Assembly (NCBI GenBank): GCA_963713045.1
Contig: CAVQKE010000004.1
Coordinates: forward strand, 416,001-480,000
Origin: an uncultured delta proteobacterium
GTDB lineage: Bacteria > Myxococcota > Myxococcia > Myxococcales > Myxococcaceae
Direction: 5' to 3'
Length of the DNA: 64,000 nucleotides
Shown here: piece after piece, positions 55,897 through 64,000 of the stretch
Numbering within the stretch: the stretch's first letter is position 1
Layout: every line of letters starts with the position of its first letter
Notes under the pieces: model-generated
Databases searched by the model: none
What the model saw: the letters and a program-made list of their open reading frames with translations, nothing else
What the model was told of the DNA's origin: nothing
Translations under genes and position numbers: made by a program

Positions 55897-55973
55897 AGCC
55901 GGCTGTTGCGCCGCGGGGCCCACGGCGCACCCTCCGCAGTCGTCACCCGGGGGGGGGGGGCGAAAGCAGTGCC

Positions 55974-56549
55974 TCACGCCCCCATCAGGATGAGGCTCAG
56001 GAAGGTCGCCGCCTCGAGGTCGCTCCAGGTGGCCATCACCGCCGGAATCTGAAGGTAGCCATACGCTCCCGGCACCATCTGGCCCTCGTACTTCTCCCCA
56101 GTCCAAGTGAGGTTGTAGGTGACGACGCCAATGCGCCCGTGGATGGCCTTCGGGCTGATGATGTAGTCCGTATTCCCGGCGCCCATGGCCCCGGTAATGT
56201 GTGCGCTGCCGTCCGGGTTAATCTCGACCAGACAGCTGAAGGGCACGCTGCCCACCAGGCCCGTGGCCTTGTTCTCTTGAATGGTGACCTGGACTGTCCT
56301 CCCGGAGTTCCCCGTTCCCCGAATGACCCCGCGGCCCACGTCGAGATTGGCGCGGGGGCCAGTCACCGAATGGCCCAGAATGGTGAGTGAAATCTGGCCA
56401 CCGTTGGCCGTTCCCTGAAGGTTATTGCCGGTCGACATGGAGACCGAGGCGAGCTTCCAGTTGGGCGGTGGACCCGACGGAACCGGCTCAGGAGGCGTGG
56501 CGCAGGCAGTCACAGCGAGAAAAAACGGGGCGATGCGTGAAACTCGCAT
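55974..56549 (-). CDS. Hypothetical beta-rich lipoprotein
   Basis: AGGAGG RBS; lipobox VTAC; Gly/Thr/Ile-rich beta strands. Confidence 0.65.
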   Translation of the reverse strand: MRVSRIAPFFLAVTACATPPEPVPSGPPPNWKLASVSMSTGNNLQGTANGGQISLTILGHSVTGPRANLDVGRGVIRGTGNSGRTVQVTIQENKATGLVGSVPFSCLVEINPDGSAHITGAMGAGNTDYIISPKAIHGRIGVVTYNLTWTGEKYEGQMVPGAYGYLQIPAVMATWSDLEAATFLSLILMGA

Positions 56550-56689
56550 ACAGCCTCCTGACATTTGAAAAGATGGGCGGAGAGTCTGCCCTGAAACGCG
56601 ACCGAGCGCATCCCCTGGTTGACCCTCCCCTCTCGGGGAGACGGGCACAGCGCAGACCAGTGGAGCGCGGCCTTCGGCGGCCAAGCCGT

Positions 56690-57883
56690 TCACGCTCTCA
56701 AAGACGTGGGCGGTTGCCCCGGCCTCGGTGCTTGGTTGCCGGCTCCAAGCTCACGGGACACCTCCGCAGCAATGTGTCGAGCCTCCAGAGCAATTTCGCG
56801 CAGCATCCCCGTCGGGGTGACGTTGAAACCGCAGAGGTACAGGCCCGGGAGCTTCGTTTCGCCGCCGCCCCTCTCCAGCGGCTTCCCAGTCGCGTCCATC
56901 AGCTGAGCGGTGTCCAGAATCCGCCCCAGCCCGGCGCGGTAGCCCGTGGCAAGGACGACGACTTCAAAACTGGCTTCGGTGCCATCGTCAAAGGTGACGC
57001 CGCGCTCGGTGAATGCTTTGACGCCTGCTCGCACCTGGATGTGCTGCTGACGGATTAAGTCCACAGTTCCAACGTCAATCAGGGGAATCCGCCACCCACC
57101 AACGACCTGCGCAAAGGGCCCTTCGGCCGACTTCTGAAGGCCCAAGCGCGAGATGTCGCCAAACTTCAGGCGCAACAGGGGCGCGGAAAGCGCGTCGGCG
57201 AGGCCGGGAGGCAATCTCGAGAGGACTTGCGCCCAGCTCATCAACGGGAGCCCAAGCAAATCGCGGGGCAGGAGGTTGACCGGGCGGCGGACAACGATGC
57301 TCGGCCGCGCGCCCTGCTCGAACAAGTCAATCGCAATTTCGCCGCCCGAGTTGCCGAAACCCACCACCAGCACGTCCTGGTCTTTGAAGGGGGCGCCGGA
57401 GCGGTACTCGGAACTGTGCAAGAGACGGCCGCGGTACCCCTCCTTCCCCGGCCAACGCGGTCGAACCGGCTCGGCGTTGTAACCGGTCGAGAGGACCAAC
57501 ACCCGCGCGCGGTACCGACCGACGGCGCTCTTCACCTCCCAACCACCGTCCAGCGGTCGTGCCGCCGCCACCTCCTCGCCGAAGCGCGGGGCCAGCGAAA
57601 AGGCACGGGCATAGGCCTCCAGGTAGTCGATGACTTGCTGGCGTGAGGGGTAGCGGGGATAGCTCCGGGGCAGCGGTAGGTGCGGCAACGAGGAGTGGGC
57701 CCGGTCGGTGTGCAGGTGCAGTCGGTCGTAGTGCCGGCGCCAGGAAGCGCCTACCTGTTGGTCCTTCTCCAGCATCACGAAGTCGATGCCGGCCTTTCGG
57801 AGGCAGGCGCCCACCGCGAGACCGGCCGGGCCGGAGCCAACCACCACCACGTCCGTCGTAACGTCTCGGTGGCTCACGTCCAT
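56690..57883 (-). CDS. Class B flavin-dependent monooxygenase (YUCCA-like)
   Basis: GSGPAG, WRRHYDRLHLH, LHSSEYRSG, GFGNSG.EIA.DL, DVGT, ATGY. Confidence 0.88.
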   Translation of the reverse strand: MDVSHRDVTTDVVVVGSGPAGLAVGACLRKAGIDFVMLEKDQQVGASWRRHYDRLHLHTDRAHSSLPHLPLPRSYPRYPSRQQVIDYLEAYARAFSLAPRFGEEVAAARPLDGGWEVKSAVGRYRARVLVLSTGYNAEPVRPRWPGKEGYRGRLLHSSEYRSGAPFKDQDVLVVGFGNSGGEIAIDLFEQGARPSIVVRRPVNLLPRDLLGLPLMSWAQVLSRLPPGLADALSAPLLRLKFGDISRLGLQKSAEGPFAQVVGGWRIPLIDVGTVDLIRQQHIQVRAGVKAFTERGVTFDDGTEASFEVVVLATGYRAGLGRILDTAQLMDATGKPLERGGGETKLPGLYLCGFNVTPTGMLREIALEARHIAAEVSRELGAGNQAPRPGQPPTSLRA

Positions 57884-58006
57884 GGCGGCGCCCTCTGACC
57901 GAAGTCGTGCCCCCCCGGCACAACCCACCATAGGCTGACTGTTGGACGCCGCGGGAGACCAACGCCTGGGGAGCGTTCCCGCCCCCCGACGTGAGCCGGC
58001 AGTCCT

Positions 58007-58579
58007 CTAGCCAGCTGGTTTCCACTTGATGTTGCAGCCGATGCTTGGCACCTGTGGCTCGGGGACCGCTGTTCCCGAAAGCACCGCGTCGAGCGCTCGG
58101 CGGAGGTCCAGCCCGGTGACCGGCTTTCCGTTGCCCGGACGACTTTCGTCAAATTGCCCGCGATAGGCGAGCCGGAAGCCTTCTCGCTCGCCGCGGTAGA
58201 GAAAAAGGTCCGGCGTGCAGGCAGCGTCGTAGGCCCGAGCCACTGCCTGGTCCTCGTCATAAAGGTACGGGAAGCGAAAGTCCTGCTCGCGGGCCTGCTC
58301 GGCGAGGCTGGCGGGCGCATCGTCAGGATAGCTGTCCGCGTCATTGGAGGAGATGGCCACCAAGCCGACGTCCTTGCCCTGGTAACTCCGGCCGATGCGT
58401 GCCAGCTCGCCCTGCACGTGCGACACGTACGGACAGTGCCGACAGATGAAGATGACGAGTAGCGCGCGCCGCCCGGCGAAGTCCTCGAGGCGTACCGTCT
58501 TCCCCGTTCGGACATCCGGCAGCGCAAACCCTGGGGCCGGAGTGCCCAACGCGACCATTGTGGAGGGCGTCTTGGACAT
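58007..58579 (-). CDS. Thioredoxin-fold AhpC/TSA-like protein
   Basis: APGFALPD, FICRHCPYV, YPDDAP, FPYLYDE.Q.VA..Y.A.CTPD, SIGCNIKW. Confidence 0.88.
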   Translation of the reverse strand: MSKTPSTMVALGTPAPGFALPDVRTGKTVRLEDFAGRRALLVIFICRHCPYVSHVQGELARIGRSYQGKDVGLVAISSNDADSYPDDAPASLAEQAREQDFRFPYLYDEDQAVARAYDAACTPDLFLYRGEREGFRLAYRGQFDESRPGNGKPVTGLDLRRALDAVLSGTAVPEPQVPSIGCNIKWKPAG

Positions 58580-58715
58580 GCCAAACCTCGCCGGGTGCTG
58601 CTCCACTAAACGCAAAACGCGGCGTCGAGGCAAACCAACGCCCTCGGGCGCTTTGCCCTGGGGCCGTGGGACCAACGGCCTCACCGTCCGGACTGCCAAA
58701 GGAGTTTTTCCACCC

Positions 58716-60857
58716 GTGCCCCATGACTGCCCCCGTGTCCTGCTCACCGCAGCCCTTCTCACCACTGCATTCGCCTGGGCTCAGTCCAGCACGGCCAACA
58801 GCGCAGACGCTGGCCCGGCCAGCGTCGCCGCCCCGTCCCGCGGCCCTTCCGCCGCTCCTCTGGTGGACGCACTGGTGGCCAAATACGGCGAAGGCCAACG
58901 GCAGCGGGCCGAGCAGGGCGTTCGCCAAGTGCTGGCCTTCTGGCGACTGGGGCCTGAGGGAGACGGAGATGAAAGGGCCCTCGCCGAATTCGTGACCAGC
59001 CAATTTATTGCCGACCCCGTCACTCTGGAGCGAACGCTGAACCGGTTTGCGGAAATTCTCGAGGCGGCGGATGGACACTTTCTGGAGGTTGGGCGGAGCT
59101 GGCGAAGCGGGGCCGAACTGGACCTCGGGCCAGAGCTAGCGGTGGACGGCCTTCTCGCGGCCACCGACCCTTCGGCCCACCTCCAGGAGGACCTTTTTTC
59201 CTCGAAAATCGCCTTCGTCGCTCTGCTCAACTGGCCGCTTCCCAGCCTCGACCAAATGGTGTCCGACGGACCAGCATGGACGCGGCGCCAATGGGCGGCG
59301 GCACGGCTGACACGCCGTTTCTCGCTCCGCCCAAGCGGAGCGGCGGAGGCGGCTCGGGCTGCAGCATCCGCCAAGGCAGAGGCCTACATCGCCGGCTACA
59401 ACCTGTGGGTTCACCATCTCCTGGCGCAGGACGGGACTCGCCCCTTCCCCAAGGGGAAGCGCCTCCTCAGCCATTGGAACCTCCGAGACCAAATCAAAGC
59501 GGACTACGCCGAGGGGGCCGCTGGCCTGACTCGGCAACGGCTTCTCGTGGTGGCCATGAATCGAATCGTGACCCAGGAGATTCCGGTTGCGGTCATCGAC
59601 GAGCCGCGACTCGACTGGAACCCGGTGGCCAATACGGTGCATCTTGCCCCCGTCGGCGAGGTGGAGGCACGGCCGGCGTCGCAGACGGCCGGCGAGCGGA
59701 AGCTCGCGGTGGACACGGCGCGCGAGCCGGACACCCGCTACGCCATGCTGTTGGAGACGTTTCGCGCGGCACGGCTCACCGACCGGGATTCGCCGCTCGC
59801 ACCCACCGAAATCGACCGGCGTTTCCAGCTGGACTCGGAGATTCCGGAAGCCCGTATCCAGGCCCTCCTCGAGGCCGTGGCCTCCTCGCCACTCGTTCCC
59901 CGGGTCGCGCGCCTGATTGAGAAGCGCCTTGGGCGCATGCTCGAGCCCCAAGACTTGTACTACGCCGGCTTCCTCGCTCGCGCCAAGTACACCGAGGCCG
60001 AGCTCGACGCCATTACGCGCAAGCGCTACCCGGATGCGGCGGCCTACAAGAAGGACATTCCGCGGCTCCTTCGGGGTTTGGGGTTCTCGGCCGAAAAGGC
60101 TTCCTGGCTCGCGGCACACATTCTGGTCGACCCGGCCCGGGGCTCCGGGCACGCGCTCCAGGCCGCCCGGCGGGGCGATTTTCCGCACCTGCGGACCCGC
60201 ATCTCACCCGGCGGCATGGACTACAAGGGCTACAACATCGCGGTCCACGAGATGGGCCACAATGTGGAGCAAGTCTTCTCTCTGTACTCGGTCGACAGCA
60301 CGCTGCTCCAAGGCGTGCCCGGCAACGCCTTTACCGAGGCGCTGGCCATGACGTTTCAGAACCGCGACCTCGAGCTGCTCGGCCTCAGCACTCCAGACGC
60401 TCACTCCACGCGCCTTCGCGTCCTCAACGACTTCTGGGCGACCTGGGAAATTTCGGGCGCCGCGCTGGTGGACTTGGCGGTGTGGCGCTGGCTGTATGCC
60501 CATCCGGATGCCACCGCTGCACAGCTGCGGGAGGCGACACTGGACATCGCCCGCGGACTTTGGAACCGGTACTACGCCCCGGTGCTCGGCGGAAAGGACT
60601 CGGTGCTGTTGGCCATCTACTCGCACATGGTGAGCGACTTCCTGTACCTGCCCTACTACCCGCTGGGGCACCTCATCGCCTTCCAGCTGGAAGACAAACT
60701 GAAAGGCCCGACAAGCGGCACGCAATTCGAGCGGGCGGCCTCATTTGGCCGGGTGACGCCGGACCTGTGGATGGTGCATGCCACCGGGGCTCCCGTCACC
60801 GCGGAGCCACTCTTTCGGGCAACGGCCGAGGCCTTGGCGGCCGAGGAAGCCGATTGA
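58716..60857 (+). CDS. Secreted gluzincin-like metallopeptidase (M3/M32-like), uncharacterised; start uncertain
   Basis: Signal-peptide-like N-terminus; HEMGH, downstream FTEALA, YLPYYPLGHLIAFQL. Confidence 0.7.
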   Translation: MPHDCPRVLLTAALLTTAFAWAQSSTANSADAGPASVAAPSRGPSAAPLVDALVAKYGEGQRQRAEQGVRQVLAFWRLGPEGDGDERALAEFVTSQFIADPVTLERTLNRFAEILEAADGHFLEVGRSWRSGAELDLGPELAVDGLLAATDPSAHLQEDLFSSKIAFVALLNWPLPSLDQMVSDGPAWTRRQWAAARLTRRFSLRPSGAAEAARAAASAKAEAYIAGYNLWVHHLLAQDGTRPFPKGKRLLSHWNLRDQIKADYAEGAAGLTRQRLLVVAMNRIVTQEIPVAVIDEPRLDWNPVANTVHLAPVGEVEARPASQTAGERKLAVDTAREPDTRYAMLLETFRAARLTDRDSPLAPTEIDRRFQLDSEIPEARIQALLEAVASSPLVPRVARLIEKRLGRMLEPQDLYYAGFLARAKYTEAELDAITRKRYPDAAAYKKDIPRLLRGLGFSAEKASWLAAHILVDPARGSGHALQAARRGDFPHLRTRISPGGMDYKGYNIAVHEMGHNVEQVFSLYSVDSTLLQGVPGNAFTEALAMTFQNRDLELLGLSTPDAHSTRLRVLNDFWATWEISGAALVDLAVWRWLYAHPDATAAQLREATLDIARGLWNRYYAPVLGGKDSVLLAIYSHMVSDFLYLPYYPLGHLIAFQLEDKLKGPTSGTQFERAASFGRVTPDLWMVHATGAPVTAEPLFRATAEALAAEEAD

Positions 60858-60900
60858 CGCAAAGGCCCGCCCGCCTCGGAGCCAACCGGCACCGACGGTT

Positions 60901-61626
60901 TCAGCGGCTCTTCTGAATGCTACCGCTGCCGCGGGTGACGGCACTGACTGCTGCGGCCTCGCCCGTCCAGCGAATGTCCCCGGAGCCGTTGACGGCGAAT
61001 TGCACCGCGCCTCCGGCGACGTGCAGTTCGGCATCTCCCGAGCCATCCACCTCCACCGACGCATTCTTCGCCGCAAAGCCTGCGGCCTTGAGGTCCCCGG
61101 ACCCTTCAATGGAGACCGAGAGACTCCCGGTGCCCCCGGCCAGGCTGACGTTGCCGGAGCCCGCGATGGACACTGTCATCGCAGAGGACTTGCCGGTGTA
61201 GTTGATGTCCCCGGAGCCCGAGATGCTCAGCGCGACGTCGCTGCTTCGCTCGAAGCCGGCCACCTCCAGGTCGCCGCTGCCGAAGATGGAAGCGCCCCGA
61301 AACTCGGGCATGGTGAGGAGCAGGGTATTTTTCCCCCGGAGGTGCAGCGAGTGCTCGTTGGAGGTGACGACCAGCGTATCTCCCCGGACTTCGGTGGAGA
61401 TTTTGCTGGCATTGTCAGCATCCCGGAGCTCCAGAACGAGGGAGAAGTCCTTCCCCGGCTGGATGGTGACGTCGAGCGGGACGTGCAGTTCCACTCGGCT
61501 AAACCCCTGGACCGAGCGCTTCACCGTGTCGGCCTGGACGGGGACCACCAACAGGGAGGCCGCCACCAGGGCGGCTTTGGGCAGCCAAGCGCGCATGACC
61601 GCTCTACGTCCGGCCTCAATCTTCAT
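60901..61626 (-). CDS. DUF2807/GIN-domain beta-helix exported protein
   Basis: Repeated S(I/V)xGSGD(L/I/A) motifs; signal peptide (start 61626 or 61596). Confidence 0.8.
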   Translation of the reverse strand: MKIEAGRRAVMRAWLPKAALVAASLLVVPVQADTVKRSVQGFSRVELHVPLDVTIQPGKDFSLVLELRDADNASKISTEVRGDTLVVTSNEHSLHLRGKNTLLLTMPEFRGASIFGSGDLEVAGFERSSDVALSISGSGDINYTGKSSAMTVSIAGSGNVSLAGGTGSLSVSIEGSGDLKAAGFAAKNASVEVDGSGDAELHVAGGAVQFAVNGSGDIRWTGEAAAVSAVTRGSGSIQKSR

Positions 61627-61700
61627 TGCCCCGCCTCCCCTGGAAGTTGCCGTGGGACTCCCCTCTGGACCGCCCCCGCCCGCCGAGGGGCCGGGTAGGC

Positions 61701-61730
61701 TTGACCTCACCCGGAGGCCGCGCCTAGGTT
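61701..61730 (+). promoter_or_regulatory. Sigma70-type promoter of rpsA
   Basis: TTGACC-N18-TAGGTT. Confidence 0.55.
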
Positions 61731-61864
61731 GCGCGCGCCTCTGGTCTCCTTAGCTTAGAAGGCTTGGGCCATGGGCAGCCCCGGTGCTTGAACCCCACGC
61801 CGAGGTCTGTCCGAGCAATGCCAAACCCCTGGGGCGGTTGTGTTACCCGAAGGATAACCTTTTC

Positions 61865-63577
61865 ATGCAGCAGAACGTGAACCAGCCGGTCGGTATGGAC
61901 GGCGAGGAAGATTTCGCCGCGCTCTTCGAGGCCTCACTCAAGGACCGTGGACATGATGGTCTCTTGAAGGAAGGCGACCTGGTCAAGGGCACCGTGGTTC
62001 AGGTGACGAAGGACTACGCCGTCGTTGACATCGGCTACAAGTCTGAGGGGCAGATTCCCATCGGCGAGTTCACCAACCCGCGCGGCGAAGTCACGGTTCA
62101 TGCCGGTGACCCGGTGGAAGTGCTCCTCGAAAGCCGTGAAAACGATACCGGGATGGTCGTCCTCTCCAAGGAGAAGGCCGACAAGATGCGCATTTGGGAC
62201 GAGATTTCCGCGGCCTGCGAGCGCGACGAAATCGTCAAGGGCGTCATTGTCGGTCGGGTCAAGGGTGGACTGAGCGTCGACATTGGCGTCAAGGCCTTCC
62301 TTCCCGGGAGTCAGGTGGACATTCGCCCGGTGCGAAACCTCGACCAGTACCTGGGCAAGGACTTCGAGTTCAAAGTCATCAAGTTCAACAAGAAGCGCGG
62401 CAACATTGTCCTCTCCCGCCGCGTGTTGCTGGAGAAGCAGCGCGAAGAGCTCAAGAAGGAGACGCTGAAGAATCTCCGCGAGGGCGCGGTGCTGAAGGGC
62501 GTGGTGAAGAACCTCACCGACTATGGAGCCTTCATCGACCTCGGTGGCATCGACGGGCTGTTGCACATTACCGACATGTCCTGGGGCCGCATCGGACACC
62601 CCTCGGAGATGTTCAACGTCGGCGACGAAGTGAAGGTGGTGGTCCTCAAGTTCGACTCCACCCAAGAGCGTGTCTCCCTCGGCCTCAAGCAAATTCAAGA
62701 GGACCCCTGGCACCGGGCCGATGAGAAATACCCGGTGGGGACACGCATTCACGGCAAGGTGGTCAGCCTCACCGACTACGGGGCCTTTGTGGAGATTGAG
62801 CAGGGCGTCGAAGGACTGGTGCACGTCTCAGAAATGTCCTGGAACAAGCGCCTCAAACACCCGAGTAAGGTGCTCGAAGTGGGCCGCGACGTCGAAGCAG
62901 TGGTGCTCGACATCGACCCCAAGGCCAAGCGCATCGCGCTCGGGATGAAGCAGACGGAGCAGAACCCCTGGACGCTTCTCGAGGACAAGTACCCCATCGG
63001 AACCCAAATCAAGGGGCAAGTCCGCAATGTCACCGACTTCGGCATCTTCGTCGGCGTCGAGGAGGGCGTGGACGGGTTGGTGCACGTCTCCGACATCTCC
63101 TGGACGCAGCGAATCAAGCACCCCGGCGAGATGTTCAAGAAGGGCGACGAGGTCGAGGCGGTCGTCCTCAACATCGACGTCGAGAACGAGCGCTTCTCCC
63201 TCGGCATCAAACAGCTCCACCCGGACCCATGGGACACCCTCAGCGAGCGTGTTCCGGTCGGCAGCCGCATCAAGGGCAAAATCACCAAGACCACCGACTT
63301 CGGCGCCTTCGTCGAGATTGAGCCTGGCATTGAAGGCTTGGTGCACGTCTCGGAACTGAAGGATGAGCGGGTGGAGAACCCACGGGACGTGGTGACCGAG
63401 GGCCAGGAGGTCGAAGTCAAAGTCATCGACATCAACACCCAGGACCGCAAGGTGGCCCTGTCGATGAAGGCGCTGCTGCATGAGGGCGGAGATGACTACA
63501 AGGAATACCTGCGCAAGCAGGCAGAGGGTAGCCGCGCCCGTCTGGGGGATGTGATGGGCAGCAAGCTCAAGCGCTGA
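61865..63577 (+). CDS. rpsA: 30S ribosomal protein S1
   Basis: Six S1 domains (DIGYKSEG, AFLPGSQVD, DGLLHITDMSW, EGLVHVSEMSW); strongly biased codons. Confidence 0.97.
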   Translation: MQQNVNQPVGMDGEEDFAALFEASLKDRGHDGLLKEGDLVKGTVVQVTKDYAVVDIGYKSEGQIPIGEFTNPRGEVTVHAGDPVEVLLESRENDTGMVVLSKEKADKMRIWDEISAACERDEIVKGVIVGRVKGGLSVDIGVKAFLPGSQVDIRPVRNLDQYLGKDFEFKVIKFNKKRGNIVLSRRVLLEKQREELKKETLKNLREGAVLKGVVKNLTDYGAFIDLGGIDGLLHITDMSWGRIGHPSEMFNVGDEVKVVVLKFDSTQERVSLGLKQIQEDPWHRADEKYPVGTRIHGKVVSLTDYGAFVEIEQGVEGLVHVSEMSWNKRLKHPSKVLEVGRDVEAVVLDIDPKAKRIALGMKQTEQNPWTLLEDKYPIGTQIKGQVRNVTDFGIFVGVEEGVDGLVHVSDISWTQRIKHPGEMFKKGDEVEAVVLNIDVENERFSLGIKQLHPDPWDTLSERVPVGSRIKGKITKTTDFGAFVEIEPGIEGLVHVSELKDERVENPRDVVTEGQEVEVKVIDINTQDRKVALSMKALLHEGGDDYKEYLRKQAEGSRARLGDVMGSKLKR

Positions 63578-63678
63578 GCGGCTGGCCACGTCCCAACGAG
63601 GGCCGGGTCCTCCCACCTGAGGTTTCCGGCCCTTCCTGTTTCCGCTGCCGCGGACCGGTTTGTCCGGTTGCGTCATAA

Positions 63679-64000
<322 letters not shown>

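Overview
High-GC, gene-dense bacterial chromosomal segment. It is most consistent with a Myxococcota (Myxococcales-like) genome, judged from an AgmX/PglI-C protein, a Zn-ribbon-FHA-GAF cyclase, a myxobacterial-type LexA box and the xerD-trpS-scpA-scpB-rluB order. It holds about 57 genes. These include a split SOS mutagenesis cassette (imuA-imuB, then dnaE2, each part with a LexA-like box) interrupted by a pseudo-receiver LuxR + pseudo-HtrA + HtrA module; a flavin/Fe-S amino-acid oxidase cluster with a divergent aldehyde dehydrogenase; and an ECF sigma/anti-sigma/STN-beta-helix membrane protein operon. Also present are truD, ubiB, mutS, a frameshifted TPR-amidase, glnD, a GsiB-like KGG protein behind a long hairpin, xerD-trpS-scpAB-rluB, rtcA-sppA-mrp, a butyryl-CoA-type cluster, an accessory block (YUCCA-like FMO, gluzincin), rpsA and a partial thiolase. 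I saw no tRNA, rRNA, CRISPR array or transposase. The best candidates for undescribed biology are the STN/beta-helix/ECF signalling operon, the possible transfer of the clamp-binding motif from ImuB to DnaE2, the pseudo-protease/protease pair inside the SOS cassette, and the re-partitioned amino-acid oxidase. All calls come from reading motifs by eye; no searches were run.
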